Of a stretch of DNA of 64,000 nucleotides, positions 51,843-64,000 are shown one piece after another. Below the pieces are notes generated by a model. That model searched no databases. It was not told the origin of the DNA and saw nothing but the letters and a program-made list of their open reading frames with translations. A program made the translations under genes and the position numbers. This DNA is from Tubulanus polymorphus. Its lineage: Eukaryota > Animalia > Nemertea. Each line of letters starts with the position of its first letter. The stretch's first letter is position 1. The stretch lies in assembly GCF_964204645.1 (NCBI RefSeq), contig NC_134031.1, positions 15,487,807 through 15,551,806 of the forward strand. The letters run 5' to 3'.

Positions 51843-54216
51843 AAAATTCAACCTGAATTCATGCGAAAAAAACCCAATAGATTTTTTTCTATATTTCACG
51901 AACCATTCATTCACGGGATATCGAAAACAAAATCATCTCAGCATCCAGTCGGGACAGGACCTAAATGAACTATTGCCGCGGTGTTTTAATGGATGTTTTG
52001 CGAGGCCACCAGGGAAGGAAGTATCGGTTCGTTTCAGACGAAAATGTCAAGCATCTAGATGTCTACACGAGGAGTCTAGGCTTCCCTAAGAGTTAGACGC
52101 TGTTTGGCGCCAAATGTGGAGTGCGAAAAAGAGTTGCTTAGTGTTGATTGGCATTAATTGGTTACTCGCACTTTGGTTATTGCCGAGCCAAATAGAATTT
52201 ATGATGCAATCAACGCCAGTCTCTTTTGCCCTTCGCGGAAAGTGGCAATAAAATGCCGGCGAGTGAACCAGGGAACGGATGTCAACAAATCAGAAATCTG
52301 TCGCGTGTCGTCCCTGGCAGTTGAGCATCTTATTATGCCCATCATTCTTAACATCATCCAGTCTCCACAAAGTCATCGGTAAAGTTCTCTGGACACTCAG
52401 CAGGGGTAGATCCAAGTGCAGGGTGCAGGGGTGCGCATCATCCTCTCCTTTGAAAATATTAAATGGTTGTGAAATTTTACGGGATAATAAAAATACTAAA
52501 TCGATACCTGTAAAAATTTTTAAATTCAAAATTAAACATTTTTGAATTCATAAGCTCGTTCTCTGTATCTAAAAAAACGGGTTAATGTTTTCCGACGGGT
52601 TTTCTTTCGTATAACTATGATGTGCGCTATCCTGAATCAGACCCTACAGATCCGCTCCTGTCCGGTTCATTCCAAACGATGAATTGTAGTTTAATGAAAT
52701 CTGAACTGGGAACTGTAGACCGGGAACGTCTCAATCGTTTAATAGATCATTTCTGTTTAAAACTGTTTCGACCCGCGAATTTTACTAGTATGGAATTTGA
52801 CGATGCTTTATACAGGCGTTTCGTATACACACCTGTTTCATATCTATCGACTCTCGAAACATACCATTTTCTGGTCTAGCTAGAGCAGCCGATTTGACAT
52901 TTATTTGAACGGCATTATTTATGCTCTATAGGGGATTACCTCGAGCCCAAGATAAGCCTAGTTCTTGTATTCTGGACACGAGCCCAGTAAGAAAGCTAGA
53001 ATTATGAAAATATCTAATAATATAATATAGTAATAGTTTACTATGTCTTTTGTGCGTATCTACGGCCGCCCGACTACAAAGCTCACGATTTAGTATCACA
53101 TTTCGACTAAACGCCAATTTGCGAAAATTCGTCCAGAGTGCTTATAATAGCGAGTGGTGACGGAACGCAGCTGCAGTCAGTCGGTTCAATGGTGAAATGC
53201 ACGCCGTCAGAAGTTAATCAGTTTATCAACTCGTATAACGTTAGCGCGTTTGCATTCTAATCTAGATTTCAACAACTCAGTTTCGACACTCAGTTTCTGC
53301 ACAACAGGAAAATTGCTTATCCGTGATATCCACCAACACGGAATAACCCGAATCATATAGTCGGAACATTTTGGCGTTGATCTTATAGATCGATCCGCGA
53401 AACATTTCGAAAGTTGAATCTGTTATCGAAGTTTCCAGTTCGTCGTGTTTTTTCTTTTACAAAGGAAAACTTCACGGATAAAAACGTCTCGACGATTGCC
53501 AGCGAAATTAAAGCTTTTATCTAAGTCCAGAATCAGACGTGCTTGTAATGAAGCTTTTCTAATCCGCGGTATATTTTCTAATGTTTAACGTTCGGGCGTT
53601 TTTCGCCTACACGCAATTCCATTCGCCCACGCTCCGTTTAGGCTGCGCATAACTTACTATAATGTTCACTTTCGCGAACGCGCCCGAAAATAAATATGGA
53701 TTTCTTTTATTGAATTATATTAGCCTAAAAACATACGGTGTATTTAATGTGGCTTCTTGACATACGAATAACTAACGATTCAGTCGTATATTTTTTATAC
53801 ATGTATATATCTTATCTGCGTCACAAAACCGCTAAAAGCGCTGCTTTATCTTAAGTAAAATAAACGACTGAATCTCCGTCGTCGTAGCTCTAGGTATAAA
53901 CAATTTCAGGAAACATCATTCGACCTGTAAACCGATATCGTCGTATACTCAAGTTTCGTATACCAAGCAATTCGACTCATCGAGAATGAAATATCACTCT
54001 GAACTTGCGTTGCGAACTCCGGGTTAATATATACATATTCACCAAATACAATATCGATTGTGATTTAAGATATTTCATCGAATATCGAAAAACTTATGTT
54101 CCCTATTGATTGTTAGACATAACATCGGATATATATATATATATATATATATCAGATCACTTCAATCAACTCCTAGAACGTCCGATCTTAGGTAAAAGAT
54201 GAACATATTCCCGAAA

Positions 54217-54500
54217 TAATGATAATGATAATACTAATTTTTATACAGCGTCATTCTCATCGCAGACTCGTAACACTTTGCATAAAACAGGATAAGCAAT
54301 AATATAAAACGATACGAAGCCATTACAACATTTCAATTATAAGTTTCATTAAAAAATGAGTTATTAACCTCTTCTTAAGAATTACTAGTGACTCGCATTC
54401 ACGAATAGATTTCGATAGAAAATAGATTTTTTAGATAGATGAATTCCATAAAGCAGGTCTCGCGCAGTTAAAATATTAACAGCCATAACAACACTACATC
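54217..54500 (-). mobile_element. Degenerate L2/CR1-type LINE 3' end
   Basis: The minus strand reads YG..YFNCARPALWNS...SIRECESLVILKKRLITHF, then CGCTGTATAAA and a (TTA/TCA) tail. Confidence 0.65.
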
Positions 54501-54537
54501 AGTGTAGTACGGATAATATAGAGCGAATCACTTCAGC

Positions 54538-54760
54538 ATTCCCGAAGATGACTATTATTAGGATATGGTCGAAACGTTGATTGATCTACTAGCTTAAGGA
54601 AACATTTCAGAGTATTTCTTTGTGTAGGATTTTATATTCTTCTTCACAACACGGACTCGTAGTGTTTCATCGCATAATGATGACAATTGCGAAGTTGACG
54701 TCTAGGATAAAGCCGAAACGCTGAATAAACTACTAGCTCAAGGAAACATTTTCGGACTTA
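54538..54760 (+). repeat. Two tandem units (about 144 nt) each with a decayed hammerhead motif
   Basis: CCGAAGA-T-GACTAT..ATGGTC-GAAA-CGTT (GAAA at 54571) and GCGAAGT-T-GAC..GCC-GAAA-CGCT (GAAA at 54715). Both are followed by CTACTAGCT.AAGGAAACATTT. Confidence 0.6.
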
Positions 54761-57741
54761 ATTCTTTCGTTACTCTTGTGGGATTCTCTATACGTATATT
54801 ACTTCCCAAAATTTCTAATTCATTCAAATAAAATCTTGTACATTTTTCTTCTTATGAACTCCGTGTTGAAATTTAGTCAGCCAGCCGTATGAAAATCATG
54901 TGATTTAACGATTTCAAGGACCCTTCATTCCCACCGGTTCCGAAGCGTCGACCCATTTCAAGAACTATATCATGTCGACGACCCTTCATCAATACTCTTT
55001 CTTCGCGGCATGACACGCGGTCGCAGCAGCGCGATTTCAATCAGAAAATCTGTTCGATTATATCCCGCGCTGTGGGTAGCCCTCGCCAATAGTATTTTCA
55101 GATATACCTCAATAAGATAAATCATCGCCCGGATGACTATCAGCGCGAGCTTATCGCGTCATTTTACTGTAATAAAACATTCAATCAACTTTCTATAGGA
55201 TCTAGTCATATTCGCCGGAATATGCATTCAGACAAGGTAGTTTATTCGGCCCCAATCTGCTTTATCAGTGTATTCAATTGATATCAATATATCCGCGATG
55301 GGGCAATAAAACTGAACACGAGAAAATATCTTGAAAGTGTATTGGCGCCGTAAAAAATAACACATATTATATTGCCTTATATTGTCGAAAATAGATAATG
55401 TTATATGAATTATATATATATATATAATAATAGATAACTATCATATAAATTATCATTATACAGATTCTACCATATTGAGTTTCGATAAAGTTTGGATTTG
55501 AAAATATCAAAAATTGAATTGAATTGACCAGCAACCAATCTAGCCCCGATATATTGATGACGTAGTGCACATGCTCAAAAAATAACTATCAAAATTTATC
55601 AAAAATGTTCAATTGCAAGAAAAGACGCCGAAATTATTAGTTATTTTTATTTGGAAACGCTAACACTGATGACGTACTGCACATCGACTCACACAGAACC
55701 CCTTGAATAACGCATACTAGGTATTAATGTATATAAACATTATTGCAATGGTTTTGACGGCGTAAAAAACCCGCATTGTATCAAAACTGACTAACAGGTT
55801 TAGGATGACATATAGAAGAAATTAATATTCATAGAAATGAAGTTATATTCAAACTGGTATTTGAAGATATTGTCTAATCATTCCATAAATACGATGATAT
55901 ATTTCTTGTTATGCGGTGGTGAAAAATGAGTTCTATGTCCGAGACTTGAATCTGAAAGTCGTTTCGATTTTTAGTGGATTATACATTTTCCTTGTTGCAA
56001 TACGTAGTCCATATACTGGCTGTTGATGACATTTTAGACTGACGACGGGGAAGTGGTAACCACGCGAAATATTTCTACATGTTAATTAACTTTTCAGTCA
56101 ATTTGCAAATATGAGGTTTTTTCCCTTTTAGAAATAATTGCACATATATTTTTTAGATAAATGTATAGACTCTTAGCAGACACGATTTTGCTTTGGATCG
56201 GTAATGAATTTTCGAAGGAGAGCTGCACATATATATGTGTATCCACATATAATATGATTATCCGAACATATATAGTAATTAGGTTTCGTTTAGCACAGAA
56301 TAATCCAGGGCCGTCAAAATACTTTAGTAATCGCATTACGACCGTGGAGATTTTGTGTCGTATATACAAACGCATTTCATCCGGGCGCGAACACATTTCA
56401 GAAAAAAACCAATCACACACGTTAGAACGCTATATTGTTCAGTTATTATTACGATTAGGAATTTTCGAAAGCCTTCATAATCGAGAATCTCGTCAATACA
56501 AAGTGTAATGAGTCCCATTGAAATATCAGTGAACGTGTTTTTAGTAAGAGCTATCAATGACAAGGCTGAAAAAAACAAATATTCACATATTTTTTCCGCC
56601 TAAACAATTTTATCAGGGTTTTGCATTGAAACAATTTTGTTAGAGGACATATTCGTAACAGTTCTATGTACTCAAAGAGTTCTTCCATAACACGGATTTT
56701 GCCTGGTTTTGATTCACGAAGACTTTCTAAGAGGGTATAAACAGTCGTAAATGTACATACAGTGATAAAGCTACGAGTGTAAGCTTTATAATGAATCGAT
56801 ACATTATAAGTTATATAAGTTATAGTTACGAGGAATCGAATGCTAGCCAACAGACTGTACTTAAAATCATGGCACCGAACCTTGAACTCTTATCATAAAA
56901 AGACAAAGAACTATCGTAAAGCTCAGTTTGTTTGGCTCGGTCCATACGCGCTTTTTAATCGTAAATAATAACAGACGCCTCGTTTAATATTGACTCAGTA
57001 ACTCATTATATCGACAGGGATCTTTATCGAAGTGCTATTAAACTGGCAATTCGCGTAGGTTATAGGGTTATAAATTCCGCGCATAGCCGCCAGTGGAACG
57101 TGCTCGGGAAGTATACGATTTAAACCATCAACAAATACACAATATACGTCGACCGATTTGCCGATCTAATCTGATCGGTTTGCGCCGTACAAATATTCGG
57201 CGTCAGATTTCCCCATCCATTTCGCGGCGGCGTCCGACATCGGCAAATGTATGGACGCCCATCGATACACTTCCTGGGCGATATATCTATATATATGCAA
57301 TGCAGAGATATAGAATTAATTCGTTGTCGATGTATGGAATACTTTCATTAGTTTCTATATTGCCTTCAAGGGATCAAGCGGGGAAGAGAACGCCGAAATC
57401 CGCATTCCCGTGACGCTGGACGTGTTTATTAGACTGATTTGGTAGACTGCTTTCTCAGTTCGATATAGACTTTAGACGAGCTCGGCATTATGTATCTCAT
57501 ATTCCGATTAAGTTCCCGAGAGAAATCACTCGAAAAGGAACGGTTTAATTAACGTTTTGATAAGTTAATTTCGTCAATATTACGTCAATGCGTCATTTCG
57601 ACGATTATGTGATCTTAAGTCTAAAATGGCAAGCGCCAATCGTAATAATTCACAAGCGTCCATGTTTTCTATCTACAGGAAGGTTTTTTTCGAAATTAAG
57701 TATAAATACCTTGTACCTAAATGGAGATTGAGTTTGCTTAC

Positions 57742-57983
57742 CTATCTGGAGACAGATAAACCATGTTACAAGGGTTCGATCTGGCCGGTCGTAAATGGTT
57801 CTGGCTACCGATTGCGTTCGGACTCAGCAGGTTGTGAGCGTTGGTTTTCTTCTTTTTTTTCTTCGACGAAAACGCTCGTCGGAGTAATCCCGGTTTCGGC
57901 GTGAACTCCGCGTCGTTGCCCTGGTCGTCGATTTTGTTCAGTTCGGTCATCGACCCTCCGAAGATACGCAGTAAATTCGTCAT
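57742..57983 (-). CDS. GARNL3: Candidate distal first coding exon (1a) of GARNL3-like gene: MTNLLRIFGGSMTELNK...RRAFSSKKKKKK...YLSPD
   Basis: ATG with A at -3 and an in-frame stop upstream (58023-58025). 242 nt = 80 codons + 2, ending AG|GTAAGC. The phase-2 end joins exon 13965-14034 (AG+T = Ser). No recognised homology. Confidence 0.65.
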
Positions 57984-58299
57984 GATGGCTTCAACCGACG
58001 ATGTATTTAACCGAGTCACTTTTCAAGTCGGAGTATCGATACTTTCTTTCGCGAAATGGCCATGAACGATCGTCATCTTTCACGCGTCAGTTCGTGGCGT
58101 AGCAAACCCCGTACGGCGCTGAATTTTCAGTACTTATTAAACAATAATCCTAGGTCGATCGACTGAACCAAGTAATCAACTTGAAACTAATGTCATATGC
58201 GCATATAATATGTAAGTGTTCCATATGTACATAGCACGCATAAATGTCTAACTAATAACTCACACCTTGGAATCAGTTTTAAATAAAGCCGTTTTTCAC

Positions 58300-58620
58300 A
58301 GATAACCTCAGTACACTGTTTTCGACCACGATCGCTGAATACCGACTAGAAATGTTCGCAGTCGCTCGAGTAAATTGAACGAGTCGTTCCCCGCAACTTG
58401 GACGAAACGAGTCTGACTCGGCGGCGTTACGCTACGACTGTACCGTGTAGCCGCATCGACATCACTGATGATTCGTGTTCCGTTCGCTGAAAAGCTGCAT
58501 GCGCCGACGCCGCATCTGTCTGGTTTACTCTTTCTCTCCATCTCTCTCACATTATACACACACACACACGCAAGACAGAACCGACGAGCGCGCTCGGCAA
58601 TTAATTTCTTACACGGATCG
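58300..58620 (-). promoter_or_regulatory. Possible promoter / non-coding leader region for exon 1a
   Basis: CpG-rich segment with an Inr-like TCAGT (about 58463-58468), GA/GT repeats and a possible weak donor near 58306. Positional inference only. Confidence 0.25.
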
Positions 58621-59764
58621 ATGGCGAATTAACGAAAAACTCGGCCGGTAATGTTCTAGGCTTCTCTTCGCCAGAAGGAGAGGTAATTAATTTGTTAGTG
58701 CTTAATTGAAGGCGCTGGGGGCACGGGGGAGAGTAATTCGTCGCCAGGGTTTCGACAGGTGGACGTCGTGTGACAGAGAACTCTCCGGACTAATATACAC
58801 CTGATAAATGGCCGCCGACGAGAAGTAACAACTCTGAAAGCGCCACCCGATACGCAATCATCACCTGATTTTTTTTGCCTGAAGCGAATATACAGGGGCC
58901 CTGGCACCGGCCGAGATATATCGAGTAATCGATACACAGACATTGCCCTCGGAATCCTAATAAACGGCCGTTCTTGACTTAGTTTCGCCGCGAAACACTC
59001 GCGCGTAGGGAGAAGCCACACCGAACTATAATGCTATAACCGCAGACCTGACGAAATCCGATACTTTCTAATTTAATCAAAACTGTTTGCGAAGATTGTG
59101 AAAAACCCGTGACAGAAATTGGATGAGATTTATCACGAGTCGCTCGTGTTACTCCCTGACATCGTGTTCGTGATTTCCGTATTTTAATGGCGCCGACCAC
59201 GTCGAATTGTCCAGCCATTAGTCGAATCAGAACTAATTAATTTGTAAATGAAGGCTTCATAGAAATTGATAAGATCTCGGCGTAGTAATCAGTGAAGTAG
59301 GAACTCCAGTGCTATATGTATGGCGTGTTTAGTTCGCCAGCAGTTGGGCTAATAGACGTGCGTGAAATTCAGGTGTATGTAAATCATCTATTCGACTGGA
59401 CGTATTCAGACGAAAGTAGAGAATTGTATCTCGACAGGAGATTTTACGCTAATCCCACAAATCACGAATGCAAACTAGAAATACTACGTAGAGTCGAGCT
59501 ACGTAATGTGTTTATATTTGCTAGAGTAAAACAATGGAAATTTTCGTCTAATACCTTTTAATTCTGTGTATTTATATATTTGTTTATGTGAATGACTATG
59601 TATCATACCGATGTATTAATAGTGTCTGTCTGGGTCGTCGGTCTTATTGTGAATATTCTAGTCTCCTCTGCTTAATATAAACATATTTCATTTAACTTCA
59701 TTTCTTATTATGTATAATATATATTGTAATATTAAGTTGAAATAAATAAATAATAATAACTTTA

Positions 59765-60193
<429 letters not shown>

Positions 60194-62778
60194 CACGATC
60201 GGTCAGGCTTTACTTTACGCCAATTCGTTAAGATCATCACGGAAATAGTAAAGGCCACTCGTGAACGGTTACGCCCTGTCGCGTCTGGGCATGATACGCG
60301 AAAAAAAACATCTCCTGTGCAGAATCAGATAAAATGCCGTCAGTCGGCATAATCAATCCTGGCGCTGGTAATCAGAATATTCACTCGTGCAGAAATCAAT
60401 TAAATCTCTCATTAAAAGACGTAGGCGTTTGCGAATATTTTCGCGAACTCGAAACGCTAGTGAATATCGACAGCAGTTGGTCGTAGTTAATAGAACGGCG
60501 ACGCTGTTTCGGTGATAAATGGGCGAGTCGTGAAAATTCATTTAGCCCCGACAGAATTGAAGATTAATGAACTCTGTCGCATTAATTGACGAATCGCATA
60601 CATCAATCGCGTCGTATACATGATGTTCAGTCGTATTCGCTCTACACGAGTCTAGGCTTCCGAGTAAGGTCTCTGCAGGTAGCCGATTCAAATACGATTT
60701 ATGGTCCTGGGCCCGGTTTTGCGGACTGGTATTACCTTTATCACGGGGGCTAACTCATTTGATAACGAATTGAATAAGCCCCGGATTAAAGGTTATACCA
60801 GTCTATAAAACCGGGTCCTGTTTTATTGTTGTCCGTTACTATGCGCTAGCGAAAGGGAATTTTTAAAGTTAGTTTATTTTCAATGAGTTAACTCGGAGTC
60901 AAATCTTGACTCGCATCTGTGGAACTGAACCCTGAGTAGTTATTTCCTGTTTCGTAACGGTGCTAGTTCCATCTGGGGGCGAAAAATGTGTGTCAAATCT
61001 CGATTCATCAATCTATAGAACTCCTGGAAGACGTTATAACTGACTGTGGGCTGACCGTGTAACTGTACAAGTTCGTGACGTCCCGGCCAGCGAGGAGTTC
61101 CGGCCACAGACAATACGAGACGAGATGAATCGAATATGCGCACTGACAAAACGTGATATATCTATTCACATCTCATCGAGCAGCAGACACTGTCCTCCGC
61201 GGGGACATATGAAAATGGTTCCTTCGCCTGCTCAATGTCACGCGACCGATTTGAATGATGGCACACGGCGGAATGTTGAATGATATTTCGCATTTACGAT
61301 GCATGTTTACCCCTTTGTATAACCCGATACAGCGCCGACGCTCCGAGTGCATCAAAGTTTTCTTATAGAATTCCACGAAAAAAACCTAACGTTCGTGCAG
61401 GCGGTTGTAATTTGAATTTCGTTGAATAATTGAAAAGAAGCCATCTATCCGCACCTTACTAATTAGCATTTGCGACTCTGTTACGGAGCCACAAGCCCCA
61501 ACGAGATAATTCTTCCGGCAATATTTACTATTCCGGAAGAGAGATAGTATTGAAGTGTTTTTTGGTTTTCATAATATCGTCATTTTTCATTTGCGAAATC
61601 ATCGTTTCATTTTCGTAATCCCATCGACGGTAACAGGATTACGGCCGGGTGACTCCGGTAAAATCGATCGTATCGATGACGCGCGCGCGCGCGGTGTATC
61701 GGAATTAATGCGAAACGTAATCTTACATCACTCGAAGGAATGCGTATAATACGACCGGGTGGTAAGCCGATTTAGAACCGTCAGAATTTTGATCGGAAAC
61801 AAATACAGCTGAATATTCCATTGTTGAATATTGCTTCGAGAAGATCGTCGTTATTTCAATATCCCCTTATCATCCGATACCTCGTCAAAAATCAATCGAA
61901 CCGTTTTTATTCATTGCGGCTCGGCGAAGAATATCGGCGGCGTTCACCGCACCGCACCGCCCGCTCCGCACCGTAACGTTTGAAAAATGAACGTAACAAA
62001 GTCTATCGATTCCATCCGTCGTCGAAAAGCATACGTTTTTATACCTATAACCTCTCCTCGGCGTTTCTTAGAACTTGGAGAAAATGACGGACGTTTTTCC
62101 TCTTTCGCTTGCAACATCATCCGGTCAATGAAAAAATGACTCTACAGTTGCCGGCGGATAAACGAATTATAGTTTTTGTTTTCCTTTCATATCGAGTATC
62201 TTTTTACACCGGTTGTTATTCCGCTGTTCTTATCAAAGAGGGTTATCGAGAACGAGTGTACCTTCTGGTTGGTAGTTCGGCAATTCAGTGCTCTTCGCGC
62301 GGCCAATTCAGACCGAATGGCCATAACATAATATATACTTGTCAATTTTCAAAACGCTCTATTACCTTGACAATATATTCTGTCAAACTCTTCTCATCCC
62401 AATGCTATGTCAGTGAGTTACGAATTAAAACTGAATTCAAATTCTGTTCTGATGATGGCAAAATTTTTTGCCGAATCATGTCTACGCTATTCTTTTATAT
62501 AGACACCGTGAAGCGATGTGCTTTTATCACGTGACCGACGCCATATTGCCGGTTAATACAATGAGCGATTTACATCACATATCCACAAAATTTTTAAATG
62601 ACCATATTATCTATTGTTGTTATGTTTGGCAAATCTCCAACACTGATGGGCAAACAAACTATGACGTCACGTGCATGATGGTGATATGTGCATTATATGT
62701 AATGATACATATGAAAACTAGATCTATCATCCTTGTGTGAATTCACTGAAATCAAATTACGCTGCATTAGATATTTTG

Positions 62779-63003
62779 TCTAATACTATTAACTTCCCTA
62801 TCATAAATCATTTAAACAAAAATTTAATGCTCTTGAATATTACTAATTTCCCTCTCATAAATCATCTCACAGAAATTCAGTTCTCTCAAAAAATTGAAAC
62901 TTTATCTCCTGGTTTTTCCCTGGTTGAGTTGGCAATCAGAAACATTTGACATGCCAATCAAACTTTTTCTTCGGGTTTTCCCCATTGAGTTGTCAATCAG
63001 AAA
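62779..63003. repeat. Two short degenerate tandem duplications (about 58-60 bp periods)
   Basis: AATA.TA.TAA.TTCCCT.TCATAAATCAT occurs twice; GGTTTT.CC...TTGAGTTG.CAATCAGAAA occurs twice. Confidence 0.7.
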
Positions 63004-64000
63004 TAAATGTTTCTAGGAAGTAGTTAATCATAACTTTGGAGGAAGATAGATTTGTATTAGAGTGAATGGTAAATCAGAGAACGAGCTCTATGGTGGAGAA
63101 CTATTCAAGCTGCATTGTAAAAAAGAAGAAAAGATATTGAAAGATTTAAATGATTCTAAATGCTGACTTTTCCTCGGGTTGCTCTACTGGTTTGATCTGA
63201 TTCGGGAAGTACATCGAAACGAGTGATGTTACATATATGTAAAATACGACAAAAGAAAGGATCCGCAATCTTCGCCTTTGCGCTTTGCTTTCTAGTGACA
63301 CTCAAGACTTTTCCATTACCGGAATAGATACATCTCCTTACAGTTGTCAGCGCGGTATGCATCTAAGTAGTTTGGTGCTATAAGTCGCTTGTCAATCGAT
63401 GAAGATAAATAAACTGAAAACGGATGAGTATCTGTCTATATCATGCATATCTTACATCTATTATTCGCCATCTGTCCCCCATTTGCAAATATGAAACTGC
63501 ATATCAAGAATTTTCCGAAAAGATATAGATGAGCGTCAATTTCGATCCATTATGACGGCAACCACGCCCCTGGAAAGCATGTGTATTTCCATTGAATGTA
63601 AAGTACTTAACCTATAATGCCGATATTCCTTCCGTTGCGGGATGACAACTTTATCTACCGCTCCTAATGTCAGTATCATTTCTTTTAAAGCTTATTCACG
63701 TTTTATTATGATTTCCTATACATCTTGTATTTTATCATCCCTTCCTCATCTCCATTGTTAAAAACTGGACTTGTATATTATATTACTCAAAGCACAAGAA
63801 AGATATATTTAATTTGAATATTTGAATTGAATTATGGTTTTTGAAATCTATTTCGGTTAGAAATTCTGTCTAGCCTAGGTATGTTTATTTATATATGCTC
63901 TTCCCTGGGTAACATGAACCGACGCATGACCATCAATGCAGATGAGGTAATTGCCATGTAATCGCCGAAAGTAATTCGTCATGAAATCAATTAGAAATCG

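Noticed and set aside
56035-56077. CTGACGA...GAAA-TATT-TCTA hammerhead-like string
   Set aside because: Stem II does not close properly at its base; plausible by chance.
63914-63946. Plus-strand ATG...GAG|GTAATT (MNRRMTINADE) as first exon of a divergent gene
   Set aside because: Too short and at the window edge, with no supporting homology.

Overview
Eukaryotic, intron-rich, AT-rich invertebrate DNA with no obvious CpG depletion. Nearly the whole window is the 5' half of one minus-strand gene, a GARNL3-type RapGAP. I traced 12 phase-consistent conserved coding exons (14034 down to 663), including the catalytic KRHVGND motif; the gene runs off the left edge. Two candidate alternative first coding exons (57742-57983 and 28041-28267) both splice in frame to the first conserved exon. 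One intron (3169-3357) has U12 minor-spliceosome signals. The 43.7 kb first intron holds a candidate recursive splice site and a CRE cluster. The introns carry several minimal hammerhead ribozyme motifs, all antisense to the gene: one lies in a 117-bp insert with a 14-bp target-site duplication, and one interrupts a 2-kb foldback element. Also present are an 18S rRNA fragment, tRNA-derived SINEs, L2/CR1 3' ends, many MITEs and microsatellites. Most ORFs in the supplied track are spurious.
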